From: Elusimicrobiota bacterium | GTDB lineage: Bacteria > CG03 > SLGR01 > JAFGSA01 | Assembly: GCA_016934855.1 (NCBI GenBank) | Contig: JAFGSA010000052.1 | Span: 6,220-70,219 of the forward strand | DNA length: 64,000 nucleotides | Direction: 5' to 3' | Shown: in pieces, positions 1 through 8,815 of the stretch | Layout: every line of letters begins with the position of its first letter | How positions within the stretch are numbered: the first letter of the stretch is position 1 | Made by a program: the position numbers and the translations under genes | The notes under the pieces: generated by a model | Seen by the model: only the letters and a program-made list of their open reading frames with translations | Database searches by the model: none | Told to the model about the DNA's origin: nothing

Positions 1-1362
1 CGTAGCCCCGTCCGCTCCCACGGATATACCCCCGTGGGCATCGGCTATCTTGACATCGAGCTCGTTATAGCAGGCCGTGGTCCTTATCTGATCCCAGGCT
101 CTCCCCGTAGCGAACACCCCGTACGAACCCACGAATGATATCCGGCCTTCTTTTGCAAGGCCGGATGCGACTTCGAGCATGTTCGCCTCGGCTATCCCTA
201 CGCTGAAAAACCTCTTTTTCCTCTCGGGATGGTTCTTGAAGAACATATCCATCTTAATGGAGCTGGTTATATCCGCCCCGTGGGCGACTATCTTCTCGTC
301 AGCCCCTATCTCGTCAAGGGCGTCGCCGAAACCCATCCTCGTCGCCTTCATCTCGACCTTCATATCATCCTGTGAATTCCACCAGTAATCCCGGGAAAAC
401 TTCGGAAGCTTATCCTTTATCTTCCGGTCGACCTGCGCCTGGTAATCCGATGCCGTTTTCAGAAGAGCATCAACTTTCTCCTTCGTGAAGCCCTTGTCCG
501 CGATATCTTCAAGGGCTTTATCAAGCGATTCTTTTCCGCTGCGCCCGTCTTTCGGCGCAACCCCGTGATATCCCACCACGTTCTCGGCGTATGAAACGCC
601 CTTGCCTTTAACCGTGTTCGCGATTATGACAGTAGGCATTCCCTTCTTTCGGGAAGCGTCATCGAACGCTTTTAGAATCCCTTCCATATCATGCCCGTCT
701 ATCTCTATCACGTTCCAGCAGAAAGCCCTGTATTTATCCGCCAGCGGGCTGATGCACATGACCTCTTTAGTCGGACCGTCTATCTGAAGGTTGTTTTTAT
801 CCACTATGCCCACGATATTGTCCAGTTTGTAATGGCTGGCGCACATAACGGATTCCCATATCGAGCCCTCGTCCTGCTCCCCGTCACCCATTATGCAGAA
901 TACCCTGTAATCCCTGCCCTGCAGCCTGGCGTTGAGGGCTGATCCTATAGCCACACCCAGACCCTGGCCGAGAGACCCGCTCGAGAGCTCGACTCCCGGC
1001 AGCTTGAGCCTGTTCGGGTGCCCTTCGAAACCGGAACCGAGCTTCCTGAGTTTTACGACGTCTTCAACGGGAAAATAACCGGCTTCGGCAAGAGCGATGT
1101 AAAGAGCCGGGGCCTTATGCCCGGCGGACCAGAATATGCGGTCGCGGTCTTCCCAGCCGGGATTGCCGGGATCGTGCCTTGCCACTTTCAGGTATAAAGC
1201 GGCGGTGATATCCATTATGGAAAGCGTCCCCCCGGGATGACCCGACCCGGCAGCGTGGATCGAGATCATGTTGTAAGCTCTCATCTCCCTGGCTTTAGCC
1301 TTCAGTTCTTCTATAGAATAGTCCCTTATTACCTTGTTATTTTTAGAGTTTATTAAAGGCAT
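1..1362 (-). CDS. tkt: Transketolase, single chain with N- and C-domains; 3' end runs off the window start
   Basis: Hand translation from ATG at 1362: MPLINSK...AAGSGHPGGTLS...DRDRIFWSAGHKAP...FEGHP...SSGSLGQG...GDGEQDEG..WE (TPP-binding motif). It continues into the pyrimidine-binding domain (FFSVGIAEANM). Absent from the ORF track because no stop lies in the window. Confidence 0.93.
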   Translation of the reverse strand, partial: MPLINSKNNKVIRDYSIEELKAKAREMRAYNMISIHAAGSGHPGGTLSIMDITAALYLKVARHDPGNPGWEDRDRIFWSAGHKAPALYIALAEAGYFPVEDVVKLRKLGSGFEGHPNRLKLPGVELSSGSLGQGLGVAIGSALNARLQGRDYRVFCIMGDGEQDEGSIWESVMCASHYKLDNIVGIVDKNNLQIDGPTKEVMCISPLADKYRAFCWNVIEIDGHDMEGILKAFDDASRKKGMPTVIIANTVKGKGVSYAENVVGYHGVAPKDGRSGKESLDKALEDIADKGFTKEKVDALLKTASDYQAQVDRKIKDKLPKFSRDYWWNSQDDMKVEMKATRMGFGDALDEIGADEKIVAHGADITSSIKMDMFFKNHPERKKRFFSVGIAEANMLEVASGLAKEGRISFVGSYGVFATGRAWDQIRTTACYNELDVKIADAHGGISVGADGAT

Positions 1363-1408
1363 ATTTAACTCCTTTCTCTTCCCCCCAGACCTTATATAAG
1401 GCTGTAAT

Positions 1409-2602
1409 CTAGCCTTCTATGAATTTTTTAAGTTTTCCAAGACCTTCTTCCATTTCCGGGATATCTATCCCGGAGTAGGCGAACCTTATATACCTGTTGG
1501 TCTCGCCGGGAAGCTCCTTGCCGAAATGAAGTCTTGTGCAGAACGAGACGCCGGTCTCCTGCAAGACTGTTTTACGGAACTCGTGGTATGTCTTGAAACC
1601 CATATTCTCCATGACCTCTGTTACGTTAGGAAACAGATAGAAAGTGCTCTCTGGCTGAAAACACCTGAACCCTTTTATGGAGTTCAGGAGTTTTATTCCC
1701 TTATCCCTTCTCTCCTTTAAAATACCCAGTATCTTTTTCGGGCCTGACTGGTCGCCCTTGAGGGCTTCTACTGCGCCGTACTGTATGAAATGGTTCGGGC
1801 AGGATTCGTCGTTAGTGTTCAGTTTGGCGTATATATCCGCGATCTGCCGGCAGGTGATGGCGGCTCCGAGCCGCCAGCCTGTCATAGCGAATTTTTTCGA
1901 GAAAGTATAAAGCAGCACGCAGCGCTTGCGCATTCCGGGAAGCGAGGCCAGGGACTTGGAACAGCCGCTGTAGCGTATATCGAAATACGCTTCGTCGCAC
2001 AGGACAAGGAGGTCGTTCCTGACGACTATTTCCGCTATCCTTTCCAGCTCCTCCATGCTGGCCTCCGCCGCCATCGGGTTCTGGAAATCATTGAATATCA
2101 ATAGTTTCGTCTTGTCGGTTATGGCCCTTTCCATGCTGTCCAGGTCCAGCAGGAACCCGTCCTTCCCTTCCTTGTATGTGTAGGGCACGGCAACGCCGCC
2201 GCTGAATTCTATCTGCGACTCATATATAGGGTACCCGGGGTTAGGATAAAGCACTTCGTCGCCCGGGTTCATCAGGCAATCGATGAACTTGCCTATGACA
2301 GGCTTGCCGCCCGGCTCTATAATAACGTTTTCCCAGGTAAAATCGGAATCGTGTGACCTGTTTATGTCCTGGGCAAGTGCTTCCCGGAGCTCCTTTATGC
2401 CCGCGTTGGGACAATAACCTGTCTTGCCGTCATAAATAGCCTTGATAGATGCCTGTATTATGTTCTCCGGTGTACGTATATTCAGGTCCCCGAGGTGAAA
2501 AGGATAGACTTTGTTTCCTTTTGAGGCGTGTTCGTTCGCTTCAGCCGATACCAGGAATGCGGTTTCGGTACCCAGCTTTTTAACCCTGTCTGCAATTCTC
2601 AT
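1409..2602 (-). CDS. Class I/II PLP-dependent aminotransferase (aspartate aminotransferase-like)
   Basis: NPGYPIY, DEAYFD and TFSKKFAMTGWRLG (PLP lysine) motifs; SD AAGGAG upstream. Confidence 0.92.
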   Translation of the reverse strand: MRIADRVKKLGTETAFLVSAEANEHASKGNKVYPFHLGDLNIRTPENIIQASIKAIYDGKTGYCPNAGIKELREALAQDINRSHDSDFTWENVIIEPGGKPVIGKFIDCLMNPGDEVLYPNPGYPIYESQIEFSGGVAVPYTYKEGKDGFLLDLDSMERAITDKTKLLIFNDFQNPMAAEASMEELERIAEIVVRNDLLVLCDEAYFDIRYSGCSKSLASLPGMRKRCVLLYTFSKKFAMTGWRLGAAITCRQIADIYAKLNTNDESCPNHFIQYGAVEALKGDQSGPKKILGILKERRDKGIKLLNSIKGFRCFQPESTFYLFPNVTEVMENMGFKTYHEFRKTVLQETGVSFCTRLHFGKELPGETNRYIRFAYSGIDIPEMEEGLGKLKKFIEG

Positions 2603-2616
2603 CTTCCGACTCCTTC

Positions 2617-2662
2617 ATCTAAACCGTTTTTAGATTTTATTAAATACGCGATAAAAATTCAA
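2617..2662 (-). promoter_or_regulatory. Sigma70-like promoter with an overlapping palindrome
   Basis: TTGAAT(2662-2657)-17 nt-TAAAAT(2639-2634). Inverted repeat ATCTAAA-N5-TTTAGAT at 2617-2635. Confidence 0.55.
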
Positions 2663-2681
2663 CCTCCGGAAAGCTCCGGAT

Positions 2682-3053
2682 TCACGCCAGCCGGTCATCT
2701 ATCTGCCTCAGTAAAGCCTGCGAATCGAACGGTTTGACGACATAACTCACAGCGCCGGCCTCCAGCCCTCTCATCACGTCCCCCTCCTGGCCCAGGGCAG
2801 AAAGTATTATTATCGGGATTTTCGAGGTCTTGGGATCACCTGATATGGTCTCCGTGGCCTCTATGCCGTTCATCTGGGGCATCATTATGTCCATGAGTAT
2901 CAGGTCGGGTTTTTCCTTGCCCACTGCCTCCACTGCCTCTTTACCGTTATAGCATACGACCACTTTATAATCCTTCTTCTCGAGCATGAACCTAAGCAGC
3001 CTTATAGTAACATCATCGTCTTCGACTATCATTATCTTTTTCATGATGGACAA
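2682..3053 (-). CDS. Stand-alone response regulator (receiver domain only)
   Basis: IMIVEDD, PDLILMDIMMPQMNG (phospho-Asp), IIILSA and YVVKPF motifs. Confidence 0.93.
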   Translation of the reverse strand: MSIMKKIMIVEDDDVTIRLLRFMLEKKDYKVVVCYNGKEAVEAVGKEKPDLILMDIMMPQMNGIEATETISGDPKTSKIPIIILSALGQEGDVMRGLEAGAVSYVVKPFDSQALLRQIDDRLA

Positions 3054-3092
3054 CCTCTCCTTCCGGTACCTTTATTATTTCATTCATCGCTG

Positions 3093-5285
3093 TCATTTTC
3101 CTTTTTTCGCGCATATTGCTATATCGAGCATCAGGTTGAGCGCGTCGCTGTCTTTGATATCGCCCTGGGAAAGTATCTCGAAAGGCATCGAAGCCTTATC
3201 CATGGCCTTGCTGATATTATCCCGGAATTCCTTTATATCCACTTCAGAGTCTTTCCCGGGCTCCATGCACATGGCTATATCTATATTGTTGGTCGTGGAC
3301 ATGTGCGCGATCTTCTCGTAATTTATCATCTTGGGGGAATAATAATGAACAAACAGCGGCTTCACATAGAAATTAAAGCGTTTCTGCGTGGCCAGTTTCC
3401 CCAGCCTGTCGACTATTTTAGCCGTTATTGACTCCGAGCCCTCGGGCAGGAGGTATCCCGTTCTTATTTCCCTGAGCTCTTCTTTCTCCTCGCCTATGAC
3501 CTTCGTTTCGAAATTCTCGTCTACCGGTTTTGCTTTTTTATCCTCTTTTTTCTCAAGAGGCTTTATCTTGCCTATCGGTTTGACCGGAGCTTTTTTCGCC
3601 GCGGCAGCCTTTTTCTCATCAGGCGGCGGCGGCGGTTCATCGTCAAACTTGTTTATTTTTTCGACGGGGGCGTATTCAGCGCAGTTCCGGCAGTAATACC
3701 TGTTGTATTTCTGGATATATTCCAGGGGATTGCCGCATTTCATGCATCTTCTTATATCCTCTACCGGCGGATGCATCCCCGGCGGCTGGGGAGCGTACGG
3801 CCTCACGGGCGGATAGCCTGCGGGCATGAACGGCTGCATGGGATCCGTATACATCCCGCAGCCGGTGCAGAAATATTTCTGGTACTGGGGCAGGAAAGTC
3901 AGCTGTCCGCCGCATCTCGCGCAGATATTGCCCATCTGATGAGGGGCGGGATATGGCGGCATTACAGGAGGCGCGTACGGCTGCTGCATCCCGGGCTGCC
4001 GGACCGATGCGGGCGCCGGCGCCTCTTCCTCTTCTTCCGGTTCCTCTTTTCTGGCTTTCTTCTTTTTCTTCGGCTTCTCCTCCTCTGCTTCATCTTCATC
4101 CTGGTCTTTGGGGAGATTGTTGTCTATTATGTCCTTGACGAAATCCAGCTCTATCTGGTCGTTAGAGAGCTCCAGGTAAGCCGCTATGCGGTTTATTATA
4201 CCCTCGAGCTCCCTTATATTGTCGGTCAGGCGCTCCGAAATATAGCTCGTTATCTCTTCGGATATCTCTATGCCTGCCTGTTCGGCCTTCCTTTTTATTA
4301 TGGCGCGGCGCGTCTCTATGTTTGGAGATTTAATATCGGTAGTGAGCCCCCATTCGAACCTGGATTTAAGCCTGTCTTCAAGGGTCGAGAGCTGTTTAGG
4401 GGGTTTATCCGAAGTTATTACTATCTGTTTGCCCACGGCATGCATGGCGTTGAAGATATGGAAGAACTCCTCCTGCGTGGATTCCGACTGTTCGAGGAAC
4501 TGTATGTCGTCTATAAGCAGAAGGTCTATCTGCTTGTATTTCATCCTGAGGCTGTTCACTTTTCCCTTTTCTATCGCCTCCACGACTTCGTTTACGAAAT
4601 TATCCGTCGTGACATAAGCGATAGTAAACTCGGGATACTGCTCCTTGACGAACGTGCCTATGGCCTGCATGAGGTGCGTCTTGCCGAGCCCCACGCCGCC
4701 GTAGATGAACAGCGGGTTGTAGTTCTTGCCGGGTTTTTCTGCCACGGCCTTGCACGCGGCATAGGTGAACCTGGTATTGGCTCCGACGACGAAATTATCG
4801 AATGTATATTTTTCGTTAAGGTCCATGTATACGCCGTTCCCGGATTTCTTTTCTTCGGGTTTCCCGTCCGTCTTTGCTTCTTCTTTTTCAGCGGCAGGAG
4901 GTTCGGCCTCGTCCTCTTTTTCTTCTTCGGGTCTGTTTTCCTTCGACTCGGGCTTCTCCGGCTCTACCTTTTCTTCCTCGAGCACGGGCTTTTCCTCAGT
5001 TTTCTCTTCTTCCCCGGGTTTCTCGTCTTCCTTAGGCTGGTCCTTCCGGTTCAGTATCCTGTCCAGTTCGGATGTTATCCTGTCCCTTAACTTGTCATTC
5101 AGCTCATAAAGGTATAACGACCAGTCGAAATTCTCGTTAGGCGAAGGGAAGGGCTTACTGGCGATCTTGCCCAGTTTTTTAACCAGGACATTGATGTCCT
5201 TCTCATCGCCTACGATATTAAGCTTGTAGCGGTTATCGTCTTTTGCAGTAGGTACGTGTTCGAGCGTATAGTCTTTAAATACCAT
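3093..5285 (-). CDS. DnaA-family AAA+ ATPase paralogue lacking domain IV, with two Zn-ribbon repeats and an unknown C-terminal domain
   Basis: YTFDNFVVG.N, YNPLFIYGGVGLGKTHL, LLLIDDIQFL, DRLKSRFEWGL and NIRELEG are present; the domain-IV signature is not. Likely start is ATG 5285 (MVFKDY), since the upstream ORF extension overlaps the previous gene. Confidence 0.85.
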   Translation of the reverse strand: MVFKDYTLEHVPTAKDDNRYKLNIVGDEKDINVLVKKLGKIASKPFPSPNENFDWSLYLYELNDKLRDRITSELDRILNRKDQPKEDEKPGEEEKTEEKPVLEEEKVEPEKPESKENRPEEEKEDEAEPPAAEKEEAKTDGKPEEKKSGNGVYMDLNEKYTFDNFVVGANTRFTYAACKAVAEKPGKNYNPLFIYGGVGLGKTHLMQAIGTFVKEQYPEFTIAYVTTDNFVNEVVEAIEKGKVNSLRMKYKQIDLLLIDDIQFLEQSESTQEEFFHIFNAMHAVGKQIVITSDKPPKQLSTLEDRLKSRFEWGLTTDIKSPNIETRRAIIKRKAEQAGIEISEEITSYISERLTDNIRELEGIINRIAAYLELSNDQIELDFVKDIIDNNLPKDQDEDEAEEEKPKKKKKARKEEPEEEEEAPAPASVRQPGMQQPYAPPVMPPYPAPHQMGNICARCGGQLTFLPQYQKYFCTGCGMYTDPMQPFMPAGYPPVRPYAPQPPGMHPPVEDIRRCMKCGNPLEYIQKYNRYYCRNCAEYAPVEKINKFDDEPPPPPDEKKAAAAKKAPVKPIGKIKPLEKKEDKKAKPVDENFETKVIGEEKEELREIRTGYLLPEGSESITAKIVDRLGKLATQKRFNFYVKPLFVHYYSPKMINYEKIAHMSTTNNIDIAMCMEPGKDSEVDIKEFRDNISKAMDKASMPFEILSQGDIKDSDALNLMLDIAICAKKGK

Positions 5286-5305
5286 CAGCTGCCTTTTCCG
5301 GAAAC

Positions 5306-5905
5306 TCAGCCATTCATGACCGCCTTGATCTTTTCCGATACAATACCGTATTTCTCCGCGAAACCGGACTCCAGTCCCGCCTGCCTGCCGGCCATCTGAG
5401 CGCAGGACGACTTGTCCCCTATGCCTTTCGCGTTTATATGATAGTTCATCATGCCGCCCCTGAAACATGAACCCGCAAGTTCAGACGAAATACCCACATC
5501 GGTGATTATGTTAGCGAATTTCCCGAGATCGAGCGAGCCGGCTACATCCAGCAGTTCACAGCTCTTCTCGGCTATCTCCAGCGAGACAAGCGCTGATGCC
5601 TTAAGAGCGGCCTGGAGTTTTTCCCCTCCCTGCCTCCACGCGGCGAGCACCTCTTTGAACCTTGCGCTGTCTTCTTCCGCAAGAGAAAGCATCTTCTTCT
5701 GTATACCGAGGAGCCTGCTCTCCGCAGCGAGAGCCTCCCCGTTCTGCCGGTCTTTTTTCAGCACCGCTATCCTGAGCGACATGAGCAAGAGAGCGCATGC
5801 CATCGAACCGATGACTCCCAGCGCGTTTCCGCCGCCCGGAGTACCGCTGTCCGAAGACAGCTTCTCAATATATCCGCCCAGAGAACTTTCAGTTAAACTG
5901 TCCAT
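5306..5905 (-). CDS. Formiminotetrahydrofolate cyclodeaminase / cyclohydrolase family protein
   Basis: N-terminal LSSDSGTPGGGNA motif, helical body with AEEDSARF, NIITDVG and GGMMNYHINA, as in the FTCD C-terminal domain. Confidence 0.75.
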   Translation of the reverse strand: MDSLTESSLGGYIEKLSSDSGTPGGGNALGVIGSMACALLLMSLRIAVLKKDRQNGEALAAESRLLGIQKKMLSLAEEDSARFKEVLAAWRQGGEKLQAALKASALVSLEIAEKSCELLDVAGSLDLGKFANIITDVGISSELAGSCFRGGMMNYHINAKGIGDKSSCAQMAGRQAGLESGFAEKYGIVSEKIKAVMNG

Positions 5906-6176
5906 TTATCCTGACCTTCCCTTCTTCTACAAGGATCCTGGCCAGGGGCGTTACCAGAGCCCCCGGCGGGATATTTACCGTCATCGAGCCTTTTCTCATC
6001 TCGTCCAGGAGATACTTCTCCGTTATGAGAGCGCGCGCGGAAGCCATTTTTCCGCCGGACAGCGTTCTGCCGGTGAAGAACCCCCGTTTAAAATCATCCT
6101 TCCCGCTCTTTCCTGTCTCCGCCGCCTGTGAAAAAGCGTCTACTATCATATCGGCGATGAGTTCATCTCTTACCAT
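5889..6176 (-). CDS. Small BMC-associated protein with a putative encapsulation peptide and an ITE...VTPLAR domain
   Basis: N-terminal amphipathic helix RDELIADMIVDAFSQA; C-terminal LITEKYLLDE...IPPGALVTPLARILVEEGKVRI; SD AAGGGG. Confidence 0.7.
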   Translation of the reverse strand: MVRDELIADMIVDAFSQAAETGKSGKDDFKRGFFTGRTLSGGKMASARALITEKYLLDEMRKGSMTVNIPPGALVTPLARILVEEGKVRINGQFN

Positions 6177-6259
6177 TAAATACCCCTTTTCTCGATACTG
6201 ACGATCACGGAAGACCGGGAACAGGCCGCGGCTCCCTGATCATCAGAACCGGCCTTTTC

Positions 6260-6559
6260 TCAGCTTTTCTTTTTCAGATGCCCCTGGGGGAGTATCATCT
6301 CGAGATCCTCATGAGGCCTCGGTATAACGTGAACGCTCACCAGTTCTCCGACCTTCTGAGCGGCCGCCGCGCCGGCTTCCACAGCCGCCCGCACAGCTCC
6401 TACTTCTCCCCTGACCATAGTCGTCACGTAACCGTGCCCTATCTTCTCGTATCCCGCGAGATCGACCTTGGCAGCCTTCACCATCGCATCGGACGCCTCT
6501 ATCATCCCTATCAGCCCGATCGTCTCGATCATTCCCAACGCAAACTTAGATTCCGCCAT
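6260..6559 (-). CDS. BMC-H hexameric shell protein (EutM/PduA-like)
   Basis: ALGMIET.GL...[13 protein letters not shown]...KIGHG...[14 protein letters not shown]...HVIPRPH; SD GGAGGT. Confidence 0.97.
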   Translation of the reverse strand: MAESKFALGMIETIGLIGMIEASDAMVKAAKVDLAGYEKIGHGYVTTMVRGEVGAVRAAVEAGAAAAQKVGELVSVHVIPRPHEDLEMILPQGHLKKKS

Positions 6560-6572
6560 TTTATACCTCCTG

Positions 6573-6716
6573 TTTTCAGTTTTAAGTTTTAAGCTTTAAG
6601 CTGTAAGCTCAATAATCCGCGAAAATATGAAAATCCATTCATAACATCATCAGTTAATTGATTTTCTTTTCCTGTCATTTCTTTGTCTTATAACTTACAG
6701 CTTACAACTTACAACT
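6573..6716. repeat. Inverted pair of heptamer tandem arrays around an AT-rich core
   Basis: ttttcag-ttttaag-ttttaag-ctttaag-ctgtaag (6573-6607) and cttataa-cttacag-cttacaa-cttacaa (6687-6714). ctgtaag and cttacag are exact reverse complements. Confidence 0.8.
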
Positions 6717-8120
6717 CTAGTACTTGCTGTCGGATTTTCCTCCCGTCACTATGGCAACCGACGCCGACGCACCTATCCTGGTCGCTCCGGCTTTCACCAT
6801 CGTATCCGCATCTTCGCCCGTGCGTATTCCGCCTGATGCTTTGACTCCCATCGCAGGGCCGACGGTCTTTCTCATCAGGCTTATATCCTCGGCAGTAGCG
6901 CCTCCCGGGCCGAAACCGGTAGATGTCTTCACGAAGTCGGCGCCGGCATTCTTTGATATCTCGGACGCTTTTACTATCTGCTCCTTGCTGAGAAGCGCGG
7001 TCTCCAGGATTACCTTGAGAATTTTGCCCCGCGTCGCTTCCCTCACGGCTTTAATGTCATCCTCCACCAGCCGGTAGTTGCCTCCCTTCAGCGCTCCCAC
7101 GTTTAGGACCATGTCTATCTCGTCGGCACCGTTCGCTATCGCGTCGCGGGCTTCTATGGCCTTTACCGTAGGCGTGGTAGCTCCCAGGGGGAAACCTATC
7201 ACGGTAGTGACCCCTACGCCTGAGCCTTTCAGCAGTTCGCTGGCCATCTTCACGTGAGTCGGGTTCACGCAGACGGTGGCAAATTTATATTTTTTTGCTT
7301 CTTCACACAGTTTCCCTATCTGTTCCTGCGTCGCGTCCGCCTTGAGATTCGTATGGTCTATGAGCCTGGCAACATCAGCGGGCACTCCCGACGTGACCTG
7401 TTTCGAAGATATCCTTGATGCGCCGGCATCGATTATGGATTTAACCTCATCCTTGCGGTTTATCACGCAAAGCCCGCACTCCGCGCATGATTCGATACCC
7501 GGACAGGCTCCCGGCCTGGCCGTTTCTCCGCCGACCGGCACCACGTTCCTCAGGTTCATGATTTCAGCAGTCTTCTTCGCCAAATTCCTGCTGAGAGTTA
7601 TCTCGGCGCCCAGGTTTTTTATCGTGTTTATATACTCGTTTATCCTGCGCATGTAAAGTGACGTGACAGGAGGCTCGGGCGCATTACAGCACAATACCGA
7701 ATCCCTGGCCATTATTATCTTCTTTCCGTACCTCATCGCCATGAGGATGAGATTGCTGGCAGCGTTATCAGGCAGCATGTTTGCTATTTTGGATGCCCCG
7801 TTCAGCGTCAGGACAGGCACTATCACGGCATCCAGTTTCTCTACGAATCCCCTGTCCCACATCTCTTTCTCCGTAGCTATGTCGCAGCCGCCGGCTTCCT
7901 GTACTTTCTGCTTGCCGATGATACGTTCGGCGGCCGGAGTCAGAAAAGCGCGGAACTTCATGCCCATGTCCCTGAGACACCTCACCTGTTTAAGCGACGT
8001 TTCCACCTCCCTGTCCCCGCCCATGAATATGAGCAGGACGTTTTTTGCGGACGCATCTTCCCCCTTAAGCCTGTTTATCGTCTCCCTGGTCACTTTCTGT
8101 ATGAAATTCTCGTCTGCCAC
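6717..8120 (-). CDS. deoC: Deoxyribose-phosphate aldolase fused to an N-terminal encapsulation peptide, flavoprotein domain and Cys-rich segment
   Basis: The C-terminal ~220 aa carry [50 protein letters not shown] and GATRIGAS. The N-terminal part resembles the HFCD/PF02441 flavoprotein fold ([27 protein letters not shown]), followed by [13 protein letters not shown]. Confidence 0.92.
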   Translation of the reverse strand: MADENFIQKVTRETINRLKGEDASAKNVLLIFMGGDREVETSLKQVRCLRDMGMKFRAFLTPAAERIIGKQKVQEAGGCDIATEKEMWDRGFVEKLDAVIVPVLTLNGASKIANMLPDNAASNLILMAMRYGKKIIMARDSVLCCNAPEPPVTSLYMRRINEYINTIKNLGAEITLSRNLAKKTAEIMNLRNVVPVGGETARPGACPGIESCAECGLCVINRKDEVKSIIDAGASRISSKQVTSGVPADVARLIDHTNLKADATQEQIGKLCEEAKKYKFATVCVNPTHVKMASELLKGSGVGVTTVIGFPLGATTPTVKAIEARDAIANGADEIDMVLNVGALKGGNYRLVEDDIKAVREATRGKILKVILETALLSKEQIVKASEISKNAGADFVKTSTGFGPGGATAEDISLMRKTVGPAMGVKASGGIRTGEDADTMVKAGATRIGASASVAIVTGGKSDSKY

Positions 8121-8129
8121 GGCTCCTCC

Positions 8130-8426
8130 TTAATGATATTTTTTCGTCTTATTCCCTGCCGAAACACTGTCTACTATGCCGGCTATTATCGTCCTGGTCG
8201 GCCCCTTACCGGCCCCCATCATCTGCCGGCAGGAAGATCCCTCGTCGATTATGAGCACCGTATCGCCGGGACCCGCATCCATGCTGTGGTCTATCGCAAG
8301 CTGTACCGGACCCGACCTGGTCCCTTTCATCCCGTCTACCGGACATATTAGCATCAGCTTTTTCCCTTCGAGCGAAGGATGTTTTCTCGTTGCCCAGACG
8401 TTCCCTACAACTTTTGCTATAAACAT
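8130..8426 (-). CDS. BMC-P pentameric vertex protein (EutN/CcmL family)
   Basis: MFIAKVVGNVWATRKHPSLEGKKLML...DAGPGDTVL...GSS...IAGIVD. Confidence 0.93.
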   Translation of the reverse strand: MFIAKVVGNVWATRKHPSLEGKKLMLICPVDGMKGTRSGPVQLAIDHSMDAGPGDTVLIIDEGSSCRQMMGAGKGPTRTIIAGIVDSVSAGNKTKKYH

Positions 8427-8433
8427 ATAAATT

Positions 8434-8468
8434 CGCATCTCGTGAAGCGCATTTCGTGAAGCGTGCTA
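8434..8468. repeat. Heptamer tandem array
   Basis: cgcatct-cgtgaag-cgcattt-cgtgaag-cgtgcta, with complementary ttcac units at about 8492-8519. Confidence 0.65.
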
Positions 8469-8500
8469 TTCAGATGTATTTTTCCCGGACGATTCACTTT

Positions 8501-8815
8501 TTACGTTTCACCCTTCACTAAATTTACTCCGTCTATTATGCCTATCACCGCGTTATGGCATATAGGCTCTTCCTCGAAAGCCTGGCATGCTTCTTTAGAG
8601 GAAACATAAAAGACATATTCCGAATAGCCTGCACCGACCGCGTCGAGCGCCAGCACCGATTTACCGCTGTCTTTCGGACTTATATCCTTCCCGCCGTTCA
8701 CAGCTTCCGCCACCTCTTCCCAGGTCATCGGCTTCAGCATCAGTATCTTCTTCCCTCCGGTATTAGGGTACTTGCTGGTAGCTACGACCCTGCCTATGAC
8801 CCTGCCGGCTTTCAT
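8501..8815 (-). CDS. BMC-P vertex protein with an internal insertion
   Basis: MKAGRVIGRVVATSK...GKKILML...ALDAVGAGYSEYV...AVIGIID. Confidence 0.9.
   Translation of the reverse strand: MKAGRVIGRVVATSKYPNTGGKKILMLKPMTWEEVAEAVNGGKDISPKDSGKSVLALDAVGAGYSEYVFYVSSKEACQAFEEEPICHNAVIGIIDGVNLVKGET

Noticed and set aside
3771..5090. Long + strand ORFs (this 439-aa ORF, 10900-12021, 20938-21864, 32075-32983, 53333-54229 and similar)
   Set aside because: Antisense shadows of well-supported minus-strand genes, with no recognisable motifs.
5286..5468. 61-aa N-terminal extension of the DnaA-like ORF in the ORF track
   Set aside because: It overlaps the cyclodeaminase gene in another frame and has non-protein-like composition; ATG 5285 is the plausible start.
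3093..6259. oriC near the DnaA-like gene
   Set aside because: No intergenic DnaA-box cluster or dnaN. The TTATCCACA matches I noticed (29483, 61416) are single and inside CDSs.
6573..6716. CRISPR array
   Set aside because: The units are 7-nt tandem repeats without spacers, and there are no cas genes.
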